Positions 28,393 to 37,857 of a stretch of 47,175 nucleotides of DNA are shown here, in pieces. Both the position numbers and the translations under genes were made by a program. Below the pieces are notes generated by a model. That model saw only the letters and a program-made list of their open reading frames with translations. It was not told the origin of the DNA and searched no databases. Within the stretch, counting starts at the first letter, position 1; each line of letters starts with the position of its first letter. The stretch lies in the sequence record SRR22947727_2426; one strand, written 5' to 3'.

Positions 28393-31300
28393 CTACTTTG
28401 CCGCCTTCCTAGCTTCGTTCACTCCATCAATTGATTTGAGAATGTTTGTCTGCCAGGTGCCTTGCAATTTCTCAGGCTTTGCTCGATTCAAAGTGCTGAG
28501 CGCTTCATCAAATTCACCTCGCGCTGTTAGGATGCGGGCGATTCCCTGAAGGGCGTTAAACTGATCGGCTCCACCAATGCTTTCATCTCCTTCGACGATT
28601 TCTTTGTAGGCACTCAGCGCTCCAGCGGCGTCATCTAGATTGCGCTCCCGGTTCTGAGCAAGCGCTAGCCAAGCTGAATCGAGGGCGCGGGGATCGGCAA
28701 TCCATGGAAGTGCCTTAGTCAGATCTGATTCAGCGCTTTCTCCGTCTTTTAGAATGAAAAAAGCCCGTCCACGAGTGCGGTAAGCAACTCCGCGTTGCCA
28801 GAACGGCCACTTGGAAAGGTCCTCGTCGCCAAATTCTGAAATCACATCCGGTGCTTTGGACTGAATGAGCAGGTGTTGCATCTGCGCGGTTTTCTTTACG
28901 GCTTCAAGTGGAATTCTTTCAACAATCGGCCCTGCTTCTTTTCGAAGATGTATTGCGGCCTGTTCAAGAGCGGCTGATTTTTGGAAATCGTTGATGTCGT
29001 CGCTTTCTGCCAGAGCGAGAAACGCGTCGGCCTTGCGTGATTTCACTGCTTTGCGGTAGTCGAGTACGAAATCAGTCACCTCCGGATCAAATTCGAACGC
29101 TTGGGATTTGCCTGAATAGAACTGGGCAAACTTCATCGGTTCGTGGAAGCCTTTCGTGCCGGTTGGTGACAGCGCACTGAGCTCCTGACCGTCATTGCGA
29201 ATCCGTTGCCGACAGATATTGATATGCCACGGCAGGCTTGGGGTGGGCTTTCGGCCGATCACTTGATGCAGGGGATCATTTTCGTCCTGAGTAACCGGAA
29301 TTCGAATCTCTACGATCCAGTAATCGTCTTCGATGCTGGTAGCGACTTCAGCTTTCGAATTCCAACGTAGGCTGCCACCTTTGGAAGCCTCTCGATCAAG
29401 ATCGACCACTTGTCCGTCGGGGCTGATGGCGATTTGATAATAGGAGTGGGTTTCAGTGGCGATTTGAATTTCGATAACATCGCCATTCCACACGGCCGTG
29501 TCGTCGTCGCGAGTTGCTGCATTGACTGGACGCTCGCCGGGATTTTCATCGCAGCGAATAGCGAAGTAGACGCCGTTGCGATCGCATCCTGATTTGAATG
29601 ACGTCCCAAATGTCGGGATCTTTCCCGTTTGTAATTCATACAATCGTCCCGTTGCGGCAACGGCGCATTTTTGCCAGTAGGCGTCATCGAGTTTGCCATC
29701 AATCTTGATGTCGTAGGCATCTCCCACCATGCGAACTTTCGGAACCGGCCCCCGTTTTTGGCCCAGTTGCCCGGCTTTCATTCGAAGCCCGTTGAGAAAG
29801 TCATCGATCAACGCAAGACGCTGGCCGACGACACTCGAGGCGTCTGCTTTTGCCTGAGCATTTGCGAAAAGTTCCAGCGCCTTGTCGGCGATCGCCTTCT
29901 CGCCCTCCATCGCTTTCCAATTCTCCTCGCAGTAGGTGAAAAAGGCCCGCATTTCCTTTTCGGCCGGACCGTAAAAGAGCCTGCAGTATTCGTGAAACAT
30001 GGCATCACCCGTTCCTTCCTTTCCACTCCAATAACTGCGGGCCGTGAAGTAAACCATGAAGTGATTGAACCCGACATTGGTGTCGAAGTTTTTTCCGGCG
30101 GACAGCCAGATATCTTCGCCCATGGAGATTCCTTTGGTGGCGTCGACTGTCGAGGTGAGAGCGCGCGGGGCGAATGAAGGCAAATACCATCCCCGATCCG
30201 TGAAGGGATAGTTTTCGAAAATCATCAAAGGGTTGTCAGTCTTTTTGGCCCATCCTGCGCGCAGGGCTTCCGGGGACACTTCGCCTTCGCCTTTGTAGCC
30301 TGCTTTATTGATCGGGCGCCGTCCGCCAACGATGCAAACGACAACATTTGGCTCAAGCTTGTCGATGTTTTCAGGCGGCAGTGTGTAGACTCCGTAACCG
30401 CCATTTATAACCTTCGCCTCTGGGTGTGTTTTCGCGATCTCTTTGGCGACCCGGTTGGTGAAATCCCAAATGTGATTACTCAGCTTGCCCCGCTCGTGTC
30501 GCTCAGGCGAGTCCTTGCCCTCACATTTTTCGCACTGGCAAATTGCGGTGTAGCCATCGGGCGGCATCATCGAGACCGTTTCAAAATCGTAGGTATCAAG
30601 CAGGACGCGCGCGTAGCGAACAGTTTCCTGAAACAGGCCATCGTCAGAATAACAGAGCTGACATTTGGAATTCCCCGGCTTGAAATCACGTTTCCCGCCA
30701 TATAGAGCAAACCACTCGGGATGTTTCGCAAAGGCATCCGCGTTGTTGGTCATGCTGGACATTCCATGAGCCACCTGGATTCGTTCGTCATTGCGGGTTC
30801 CGAGACGCATCGCCCAATACGAAAGATCGTGACCAGACGTGCTGAAGCGGAAATTGAATTGTCGCAGTGGGAAATCCGGCTGAACCGTTTTGTCGATTTC
30901 GGGCAGCGGAATGGATTCCATCGAAGGAAGCACTTCACCCAGATCACCCGGCAAATACCACCGGGCTCCCAACTTCCGGAGAAAGCCACAAACCGCATTG
31001 AAACTGCCGCGTTCATCCAGTCCCCAGATGTCGAGCGTTTCCTTCGGGGCGGTCGTAGCTCCGTCAGCCTTTCCTGTCTCACCCGGCAATCGCAGCCGGT
31101 TTTTGTAAAGCCCCCGAGATGGCATGCCGTAGGGAGCACCAATGATCTTCTCCCACTCCGCTTGCGCTCGCGGGATGTCGCCGTTGTTACGGGCAAAGGG
31201 ATGTTTCGGCTCGAAGTCCTGGTCGTCCCCGATCAACGCTAACCAGTTCGGACCCGTGGCAATGCGATAAGCCCCCGCTTTCAATCCATCTGCCTTTACA

Positions 31301-31560
31301 GGATTGTCAGGGCTGGCCCCGATGAAGACATTTACTGCGCTGTCGGATGCTTGCGTGACGATAGGCAGTCGGGCGCTACTGATTTTTTCAACCTGCGATC
31401 GAAACTCCGCCGCCGCGACTCGTTGCATGCGCGTGGGAGTTTCTGAAATGACAATCACCGCCGTGGGCGCGCCATTTTTTACAATGAATGGTTCGGCAGA
31501 ATAGCTGGTAAAAGAAACAGTGAAAAACAGAAGGAGAATTGCAAGTCGTCGGGTTGCCAT
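28393..31560 (-). CDS. Secreted DUF4838-like protein with CBM9-like sugar-binding domain and C-terminal TPR-like helices
   Basis: Signal peptide; GARWYLPG, HPEWFAL, QLCYS, CQCEKC (DUF4838-like); IKIDGKLDDAYW...VEIRIP...WHINICR (CBM9-like); Ala-rich helical repeats. Confidence 0.7.
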   Translation of the reverse strand: MATRRLAILLLFFTVSFTSYSAEPFIVKNGAPTAVIVISETPTRMQRVAAAEFRSQVEKISSARLPIVTQASDSAVNVFIGASPDNPVKADGLKAGAYRIATGPNWLALIGDDQDFEPKHPFARNNGDIPRAQAEWEKIIGAPYGMPSRGLYKNRLRLPGETGKADGATTAPKETLDIWGLDERGSFNAVCGFLRKLGARWYLPGDLGEVLPSMESIPLPEIDKTVQPDFPLRQFNFRFSTSGHDLSYWAMRLGTRNDERIQVAHGMSSMTNNADAFAKHPEWFALYGGKRDFKPGNSKCQLCYSDDGLFQETVRYARVLLDTYDFETVSMMPPDGYTAICQCEKCEGKDSPERHERGKLSNHIWDFTNRVAKEIAKTHPEAKVINGGYGVYTLPPENIDKLEPNVVVCIVGGRRPINKAGYKGEGEVSPEALRAGWAKKTDNPLMIFENYPFTDRGWYLPSFAPRALTSTVDATKGISMGEDIWLSAGKNFDTNVGFNHFMVYFTARSYWSGKEGTGDAMFHEYCRLFYGPAEKEMRAFFTYCEENWKAMEGEKAIADKALELFANAQAKADASSVVGQRLALIDDFLNGLRMKAGQLGQKRGPVPKVRMVGDAYDIKIDGKLDDAYWQKCAVAATGRLYELQTGKIPTFGTSFKSGCDRNGVYFAIRCDENPGERPVNAATRDDDTAVWNGDVIEIQIATETHSYYQIAISPDGQVVDLDREASKGGSLRWNSKAEVATSIEDDYWIVEIRIPVTQDENDPLHQVIGRKPTPSLPWHINICRQRIRNDGQELSALSPTGTKGFHEPMKFAQFYSGKSQAFEFDPEVTDFVLDYRKAVKSRKADAFLALAESDDINDFQKSAALEQAAIHLRKEAGPIVERIPLEAVKKTAQMQHLLIQSKAPDVISEFGDEDLSKWPFWQRGVAYRTRGRAFFILKDGESAESDLTKALPWIADPRALDSAWLALAQNRERNLDDAAGALSAYKEIVEGDESIGGADQFNALQGIARILTARGEFDEALSTLNRAKPEKLQGTWQTNILKSIDGVNEARKAAK

Positions 31561-31692
31561 GCTTAAGAATTGAGCAAGGCCTCCTCACAGGCGAGTCTAA
31601 ATTGTCGCGAATTGCGCCAATTTAGCTGCTGATCCAACCGTGATGGATCTTGCAACCGGCACCGCGTTGGATCGGAATTTTGCTCCGCCGGA

Positions 31693-32379
31693 TCAGTGGG
31701 CTTTTTCCTTCAGCAACTGAGGGAATTTCTTCTGAAATTTCTTCAAGCGGGGAATTGAGACTCCCTGGATGTAGCCATTTTCAGGATGAAGGCGCTCGTA
31801 GTTCTGGTGGTAATCTTCGCCAAGCCAGAATTTCTCGAAAGGCATGACTTCAGCGGCGACGTTGCCTTCGCCAATTTCTTTTTCGATCGCGGCAATTTTG
31901 TCTTCGATGATCTTTTTCTGCTCTGCGTTTTGATAGAATAGAATCGAGCGATATTGTGAACCATTGTCAGGGCCTTGGCCGTTCACTTGCTCGATATTTT
32001 GCGAACCAAAATACACATCTACCAACGTTGCGAAGCTCACAACTTTGGGATCGTAGATGATCTCGACGGCTTCAGCATGGCCGGTTTTGCCCGTGTTGCT
32101 TGATTCGTAGGTCGGGTTCTTCGTGTGACCACCCGCATACCCTGAAATGGAGTCGTCGACGCCTTTCACACTTTCGTAAACTGCTTCAACACACCAGAAA
32201 CAACCGCTGGCGAAGTAAGCGTAGGCTTTGCCGTCTTTCATTGGAACTTCAACGGGAGCCTTGGTTTCGGCTTTTTCGTCAGGTTTTGCCGGCGTTGGCT
32301 TTTTGTCATCAGCCTGGCAAGCAGGGAGCAGCATGAGCGATGCGGCAGCGGTCAGAAGGAAGGTGGCTTTCTTTTTCAT
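31693..32379 (-). CDS. msrA: Peptide-methionine (S)-S-oxide reductase MsrA with lipoprotein signal
   Basis: GCFWC, SGYAGG, NPTYE, TGHAEAV, QYRS, EDYHQNY; lipobox-like LLPAC. Confidence 0.95.
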   Translation of the reverse strand: MKKKATFLLTAAASLMLLPACQADDKKPTPAKPDEKAETKAPVEVPMKDGKAYAYFASGCFWCVEAVYESVKGVDDSISGYAGGHTKNPTYESSNTGKTGHAEAVEIIYDPKVVSFATLVDVYFGSQNIEQVNGQGPDNGSQYRSILFYQNAEQKKIIEDKIAAIEKEIGEGNVAAEVMPFEKFWLGEDYHQNYERLHPENGYIQGVSIPRLKKFQKKFPQLLKEKAH

Positions 32380-32538
32380 GGTAGGTCGGAGATTTTTGCT
32401 ATCAGTCGCTTGGGGTAAGAGTTCCTTTCTTTCAAATACAAATCAACTCCCGTGAATATCGTGAAACGGTTGTGGTGTTACAAAATTGGGGCGTCGATTC
32501 TTGCGACGAATCGGCTGTTTTGAGTTATTCATCAGAGT

Positions 32539-33303
32539 ATGGCCTGTGTTTTCCGAATTTTACTAACTTTGCTGCTTTTTTCCGGTGCTGCGAATGCAGC
32601 CGCGCCGAAGGTGTTTTCTGAAGTGCGTCAGGCAATCGAAGATGCCAAAAAAGGCGAGAAGCTCATTGTTTTCATGCTGGTGGATGTGCGGGGCTTTCGT
32701 GAAGAGGGGGAGGCGTTGGAGGAATTGATTCTTGATGAGCTCAAGAAGCGGGGAGATGAGTTTGTGGTGGTCCGTTGCAATGCGAATAACGAGGCGCATG
32801 TGAAAATGTTCACGGATCGATTCAAAAAAGATCTCACAAAAGCGCCTATCGCCGTGGTTTCGAACGCGAAAGGTGAGGAAATCACCGGTTGTTATGGAGT
32901 GGATGGTTCGATGTATGAGAAAATGCTGACGTTATCCCGAATCAAAGGGGGGAAAGTCACGGACGAAAAAGAGCTGGTCGAGCTTCGGGTGGGACTGCTT
33001 GAGGGCGATAGCGAAGCCAAGCTCGTGGAGAGTATTTTCGGCGTGATGCTGGAAGATTTGAAAGGGAAGAAGGTCTTGCTCAGCGAGGTGCGTGATTGGA
33101 CTTACAAAAAAGGCGGCGGATTTCGGGCTGCGTTGCTCGCCGGCCGAGGTGAAACGGGACTTTTTATCGACGCCAAAGGCGAAGAGATCGAAGCGAAATT
33201 CGCCGAACTTTCCGAGCCGGATATCGAGTTTTTGAAAACGATCCTGAGGTTTGAAGAGACTGAAACGAAGGAAGAGAACAACCCGAAGAAAATAAAGAAG
33301 TGA
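32539..33303 (+). CDS. Secreted protein: thioredoxin-like N-terminal region without CxxC, plus C-terminal SHD1-like domain
   Basis: Signal peptide; A...AKKGEKLIVFM thioredoxin-like start; RDWTYKKG...LSEPDIEFL resembles the SHD1 pattern R-x-W-T...L-S-x-x-D. Confidence 0.55.
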   Translation: MACVFRILLTLLLFSGAANAAAPKVFSEVRQAIEDAKKGEKLIVFMLVDVRGFREEGEALEELILDELKKRGDEFVVVRCNANNEAHVKMFTDRFKKDLTKAPIAVVSNAKGEEITGCYGVDGSMYEKMLTLSRIKGGKVTDEKELVELRVGLLEGDSEAKLVESIFGVMLEDLKGKKVLLSEVRDWTYKKGGGFRAALLAGRGETGLFIDAKGEEIEAKFAELSEPDIEFLKTILRFEETETKEENNPKKIKK

Positions 33304-33319
33304 TGTCGCGAGGTTGCGC

Positions 33320-34846
33320 TCAGTATTTCACACCAGTAAGTGCGGCCCACGCATACCATTTTTTCGACATTTGGGCGACCTTGCTCGCCTGTTTTTCAGC
33401 AACATTGTTGGTCTCAGTTCGATCCAACCCTAGGTTGTAAAGTTCCCAACCATTTTTGGGGCTTTCCCAAACGAGTTTCCAAACTCCTTCGCGGATGGCC
33501 CGTTTTTTCGACCAGAACCAGAATAGCGGGGCAGGGCGTTTGATCGCCGCTTCTTCTCCGGTCAAAACCGGCACCAAACTGATTCCTTCCGGCCTGAGAA
33601 GGGGCTTCCCGTCATTCGACATCGGGAATTTACCATCGGCGACATCGAGAAAAGTGGGCATGAAATCGATGATGTGACCGACCTGATCCGTTTTTGAACC
33701 GGCTTTGATTTTCCCAGGCCAGCGAATGACAAATGGCGAGGCGACACCGCCTTCGTGAGTGTGCGATTTGTAGCGAGCGAACGGCGCATTCTGCGCGTAG
33801 GCCCAGTTTGGCCCAACATGACTGTACCAGTCTTTTGGTCCGGGACGATGTTCGGTATTTCCTGCGCCGCCGGGCGTTTCCGCACAGGCTCCGTTGTCCG
33901 AGAGAAACATGATGATTGTGTTGTCGGCGATTTTTAAATCATCGAGCGTTGTAAGAACCCGACCGATGTTTTGGTCCATGTTGTCGACCATGGCGGCGTA
34001 GGTTTCCATCCGCAGGCTCTCCCATTCGGTGTCCTCATTTTTGCCTTCGGCGAACGGTTTGTTGTTTGAATTTAGCCCCGGATCTGGAAACAACTTTGGA
34101 TCGATCAAACCCATTTCGACTTGGCGATCATATCGACTTTTACGAAGTGCATCCCAACCGGCGTCGTATTTGCCTTTATATTTAGCGATATCCTCCGGTT
34201 TGGCGTGGAGTGGGTAATGGGGAGCGGTGTATGGGAGGTAGTGGAAAAACGGCTTCTTGGTCGCCGATTGCTTTGTGATGGTTTCGATCGCGTGATCGGT
34301 GAAAGCGTTCGACGTGAAGAAATCGTCAGGGAATTCCGTGATTCGTTCGTCGTTTTGCCCAAAAAAGCGGACTTTGCCGCCTTTGAATTTTGGATCAGGC
34401 TGGTTGGGATCAAAGAAGTTGCAGCAGCCGTCCCATAATCCGTAGCTGGCCTCGAAGCCTCGATCGAATGGGCGGTGAGGCGCTTTGGAACCGTTGTGCC
34501 ATTTGCCGCTCAGGCCGGTTTGGTATCCCGCGAGTTTCAGGGCTTCGCCAAGCGTCAGCATGTTTTCGTTGAGAAGTTCAATGCCCTTGCCGCCATTTCG
34601 TGGGTAAAGCCCTGTCAGCAGACTGGCGCGCGTCGTGGTGCATTTGGCGTTGTTGTAAAAATTCGTGAACTGCATTCCTTCGCTGCAGATCCGGTCGATA
34701 TTTGGCGTCGAGATTTCGCTGCCGTAGCAGCCGATGTCCGACCAGCCCATGTCATCCGCCATGATCAGGATGATATTTGGCTGGTCTGCCGCCCGCGAGG
34801 TGAGGGCGGTCGTGAAGAAAATGATGAGAGCGAGAAATCGAATCAT
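33320..34846 (-). CDS. Arylsulfatase (formylglycine-dependent, Cys-type)
   Basis: PNIILIMADDMG, CTTTRASLLTG (CxxxR), GKWHNG, APHYPLHA, SDNG, ELYNL. Confidence 0.93.
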   Translation of the reverse strand: MIRFLALIIFFTTALTSRAADQPNIILIMADDMGWSDIGCYGSEISTPNIDRICSEGMQFTNFYNNAKCTTTRASLLTGLYPRNGGKGIELLNENMLTLGEALKLAGYQTGLSGKWHNGSKAPHRPFDRGFEASYGLWDGCCNFFDPNQPDPKFKGGKVRFFGQNDERITEFPDDFFTSNAFTDHAIETITKQSATKKPFFHYLPYTAPHYPLHAKPEDIAKYKGKYDAGWDALRKSRYDRQVEMGLIDPKLFPDPGLNSNNKPFAEGKNEDTEWESLRMETYAAMVDNMDQNIGRVLTTLDDLKIADNTIIMFLSDNGACAETPGGAGNTEHRPGPKDWYSHVGPNWAYAQNAPFARYKSHTHEGGVASPFVIRWPGKIKAGSKTDQVGHIIDFMPTFLDVADGKFPMSNDGKPLLRPEGISLVPVLTGEEAAIKRPAPLFWFWSKKRAIREGVWKLVWESPKNGWELYNLGLDRTETNNVAEKQASKVAQMSKKWYAWAALTGVKY

Positions 34847-34925
34847 GGTGAGCCGATTTTAGAGGGAGAATTTCAATGAGGGAATCGCAAAATATCCGCG
34901 ATCCAGCGAGGCAGTGGATTTCGCA

Positions 34926-34978
34926 TTTTACGAATCAACTCTATTGGTTCAACGAACAGACCCTGTTGGATCGTGGAA
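34926..34978. repeat. Dispersed bipartite element, copy E (direct arrangement), intergenic
   Basis: ttttac-GAAT caactctattg GTTC-aac-GAAC agaccctgttg GATC-gtggaa. Confidence 0.88.
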
Positions 34979-34987
34979 GAGGATTAA

Positions 34988-35542
34988 TCACCCTAACATT
35001 TCATCCACTTTCTCCAGAATCTCCTCAATGGGCCAGAGTCGGCCGATGCCTTCATAACCGCAGGCGAGCATGCCTTCTTCGGGGCCAATGAATTCGACGT
35101 TCCGCTCTCTTAACGTCACGACGTTTTTTTGAGTCGCCGGATGCCGCCACATTTTCCCGTTCATGGCTGGCGCTATTAAGATAGGGGCGAGTGTTGCGAG
35201 GTGAATTGCGGAAAGGGTGTCGTCCGAGAGTCCGAGGGCGAATTTTGCAACCACGTTGGCGGTGCAGGGAGCTACGAGAATCAGATCGGCGTCATCAGCG
35301 AGCTGAATGTGGCCCGGGTGCCAGCTTTGTTTTTCGTCGTATAAACTTGTGGTCACCGGATTTTTCGAAAGCACCTGCAAGGTTAGTGGCGTGATGAATT
35401 CCGTCGCGTCCTTCGTCATGACGACATGGACGGAGTGACCGCGTTTGGTCAATTGACTGGCCAGATCAGCGGCTTTGTAAGCTGCGATCGATCCGGTGAT
35501 GCCGAGGACGATGTTTTTTCCGATGGGTGGTTTTTCTGACAC
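34988..35542 (-). CDS. coaC: Phosphopantothenoylcysteine decarboxylase, stand-alone (HFCD flavoprotein)
   Basis: GITGSIAAYKA, HIQLA, APCTAN, PAMN, LACGYEGIGRL; 184 aa with no CoaB domain. Confidence 0.88.
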   Translation of the reverse strand: MSEKPPIGKNIVLGITGSIAAYKAADLASQLTKRGHSVHVVMTKDATEFITPLTLQVLSKNPVTTSLYDEKQSWHPGHIQLADDADLILVAPCTANVVAKFALGLSDDTLSAIHLATLAPILIAPAMNGKMWRHPATQKNVVTLRERNVEFIGPEEGMLACGYEGIGRLWPIEEILEKVDEMLG

Positions 35543-35591
35543 GTCCCCAGTCTAAACGCACAGAGCCGGTTCGGCAAAGTGAATCCCGATC

Positions 35592-35945
35592 TCAGCCACG
35601 GCCAATAATTAGCTTTGCGAACTTGTTTTGCTCGGCAGGTTTCCCGCCTGCGGCACTCAGGATTGGACGATAAAGGGAATTCAGAAACGGATATTCAACG
35701 AAGTAGTAGCGAGTTATTCCTTCTTCACTTGGTCTTTTCTGCCAGGCTCTCCACTCGGGAGTTTGTGCACGGGGAATAAAGGTTTTTGAAGTCAGGAAAC
35801 GGTTTCCTCCAAGAGGATCTTCAATCCGCGCCACAAAAGCAAGAGGAGCCAAGTAAACTAATGTCGCCAAAACGAAAATAACTAGCGCAGTCCCGCAAAT
35901 TCTGAAAAGCCGCTCGCCACGCCTTTAATTCGTTTCTTCCGCCAT
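35592..35945 (-). pseudogene. Small membrane-protein pseudogene, paralog of 36081..36350
   Basis: ATG 35945 reads MAEETN*RRGERLFRICGTALVIFVLATLVYLAPL with an in-frame TAA at 35925-35927, where the paralog has Tyr. Confidence 0.65.
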
Positions 35946-36080
35946 CAAAACCAGCGTATCACACCCCAAAATTCTTTCCCACTCTCAACTTGGTTTCTTG
36001 AATCATCGAACACCAATGATGAAATTCGCGAATTTGTTTGATTCACCCTCAAGGTTGGCTGTGGAGATCAAGACTGGTCG

Positions 36081-36350
36081 TTAAAAGGTGTCGAGAATGG
36101 GGATTTTCAAATAAAAGCCAAACCTTGGCATCGTTGGCGCAGCAACAGAGGCTGATTGAAAGTTCAATGAAGCTGAATCGGAAGAGGGGCTGGGCATCAT
36201 GACGGCGAAATCGAGAAAGCGCTTATCTACTGACTGTTTTTCAAGTCGAGCCAAATAGACCAATGCCGCCGCCACGAGAACTACCAGCCAAATTCCACAA
36301 TTTCTAAAAAGCCTCTCGCAACGCCTGTATTTCGTTTCATCCGCCATCAT
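36081..36350 (-). CDS. Small hypothetical single-TM protein (possibly a remnant)
   Basis: MMADETKYRRCERLFRNCGIWLVVLVAAALVYLARLE; N-terminus duplicated ~402 bp away. Confidence 0.5.
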   Translation of the reverse strand: MMADETKYRRCERLFRNCGIWLVVLVAAALVYLARLEKQSVDKRFLDFAVMMPSPSSDSASLNFQSASVAAPTMPRFGFYLKIPILDTF

Positions 36351-36390
36351 AACCAGCCTATCACGGCGTAAAATTCTTCCCACTCTCAAC

Positions 36391-36428
36391 TTGACTTCTC
36401 GCTCTAAATTTGCATCTTAGCCGCCCGC
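36391..36428 (+). promoter_or_regulatory. Putative sigma70-type promoter for the tRNA gene
   Basis: TTGACT (36391-36396), 16 bp, CATCTT (36413-36418), then GC-rich discriminator AGCCGCCCGC. Confidence 0.45.
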
Positions 36429-36457
36429 TGAGAAGTTGGCGGAACGAACTTTGGAAC

Positions 36458-36532
36458 AGCACGATAGCTCAGGGGTAGAGCAGAGGACTCATAAGCCTAA
36501 GGTCGGGAGTTCAAATCTCCCTCGTGCTACCA
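36458..36532 (+). tRNA. tRNA with CAT anticodon (elongator Met or Ile2), CCA encoded
   Basis: AGCACGA/TCGTGCT acceptor stem, GCTC/GAGC D-stem, CT-CAT-AA loop, GGGAG-TTCAAAT-CTCCC T-arm, ACCA end. Paired 1:72 and no GGG/CCC anticodon stem, so not the initiator. Confidence 0.95.
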
Positions 36533-36633
36533 AATTTCAACAAGGAATGTATTTTCCAGAAAAACTTTTGGAACGGTTTTTCGTAAATGGCCCGAGTGAG
36601 TCGAATTTATTAAAATTTTTGCTTATTTTCCGT

Positions 36634-36668
36634 TTGCGCCGGTGGATGATCCACCTATATTCCGCCCC
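36634..36668 (+). promoter_or_regulatory. Putative promoter of the rpsL operon with palindromic spacer
   Basis: TTGCGC (36634-36639), 16 bp, TATATT (36656-36661), discriminator CCGCCCC; the spacer contains GGTGGAT-G-ATCCACC. Confidence 0.55.
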
Positions 36669-36884
36669 TTCCGCTAGTGCGTCCGAGAAATTTTTCGGCT
36701 TACTGGCGGTTATTTGTTTCGATCAATCCGGCTGGTAACTGGGCTTGCTTTTGAATCTGTTGTTCTTGTTTGAGCTACGGGTTACGGCGAGCCTCTTTTG
36801 TCTCCGGTGAGGGAATCGAAAAGATCTGACGTGATAAGCGCGTTGAGATTGACTTAAAATTTAAAAACCGGAGACGGAAACGTT

Positions 36885-37262
36885 ATGCCGACTATCAACC
36901 AACTTGTCCGTAAAGGACGCAAAGATAAGCCAACAACATCAAAATCACGAGCACTTGATAAGTGTCCGCAGCGTCGTGGTGTTTGTCTTCAGGTTTATAC
37001 AAGAACGCCAAAGAAGCCTAACTCGGCTTTGCGTAAGGTTGCTAAGGTTCGCCTTACTAACGGTCAGGAAATCATCGCTTACATCGGTGGTGAAGGTCAT
37101 AATTTGCAAGAGCACTCAATCGTTCTCGTCCGCGGTGGACGGGTGAAGGATTTGCCGGGTGTTCGTTATCATATTGTTCGCGGTGCACTTGATACCCTTG
37201 GGGTTGATGGTCGTCGTCAATCCCGTTCTAAATACGGGGCTAAACGTCCGAAGGAAAGCTGA
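36885..37262 (+). CDS. rpsL: 30S ribosomal protein S12
   Basis: [33 protein letters not shown]. Confidence 0.99.
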   Translation: MPTINQLVRKGRKDKPTTSKSRALDKCPQRRGVCLQVYTRTPKKPNSALRKVAKVRLTNGQEIIAYIGGEGHNLQEHSIVLVRGGRVKDLPGVRYHIVRGALDTLGVDGRRQSRSKYGAKRPKES

Positions 37263-37320
37263 TCGCCTAAAGCGGTTACGCCTTCTTTTGACACGAATGT
37301 TTCCACATTGAAATAATCCT

Positions 37321-37794
37321 ATGTCGAGAAGAAAGAGAGTTTACGCCAAGCCTGAGCGTCGCGATATGCGATACGATAGCACGTTGGTGGCCAAGTTGGT
37401 CGCTAAGGTGATGTCGAAGGGTAAAAAAGCACTTTCGGAGCGTATTGTTTACGCGGCGATTGAGCGTGCAAACGACGGTTCCGATGCAGTTGATCCACTC
37501 GAGGTCCTGATTCGTGCTGTTGAAAATGCCAAGCCTCGTGTCGAGGTGAAGAGTCGCCGTGTTGGTGGTGCTACCTATCAGGTGCCGCTGGAAGTTGCGA
37601 TCGGGCGTCAGGAATCACTCGCGATGCGATGGATTGTGACTGCTGCTCGTAATCGCCGTGGAACTCCGATGCATGTCGCTTTGGCGAATGAGATTCGGGA
37701 TGCTGCCACCAATCAAGGTGGGGTTATTCGTAAGCGCGATGAAGTTCACAAGATGGCTCAGGCAAACCGTGCCTTTGCTCACTTCCGCTGGTAA
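37321..37794 (+). CDS. rpsG: 30S ribosomal protein S7
   Basis: EVKSRRVGGATYQVP, HKMAQANRAFAHFRW. Confidence 0.99.
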   Translation: MSRRKRVYAKPERRDMRYDSTLVAKLVAKVMSKGKKALSERIVYAAIERANDGSDAVDPLEVLIRAVENAKPRVEVKSRRVGGATYQVPLEVAIGRQESLAMRWIVTAARNRRGTPMHVALANEIRDAATNQGGVIRKRDEVHKMAQANRAFAHFRW

Positions 37795-37857
37795 TCGCTG
37801 ATTCTATTTCTTCGTCTAATTGACGTCCTTCGTTGTTTTATTTTTCTTCTACAGAAA

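Noticed and set aside
33421-33439. GATC-caaccctaggt in the sulfatase gene as another element copy
   Set aside because: Only the left part of one unit matches; no RTTC arm and no partner unit at 22 bp.
36436-36738. 100-aa ORF upstream of rpsL
   Set aside because: Overlaps the tRNA gene and the putative promoter; no protein features.
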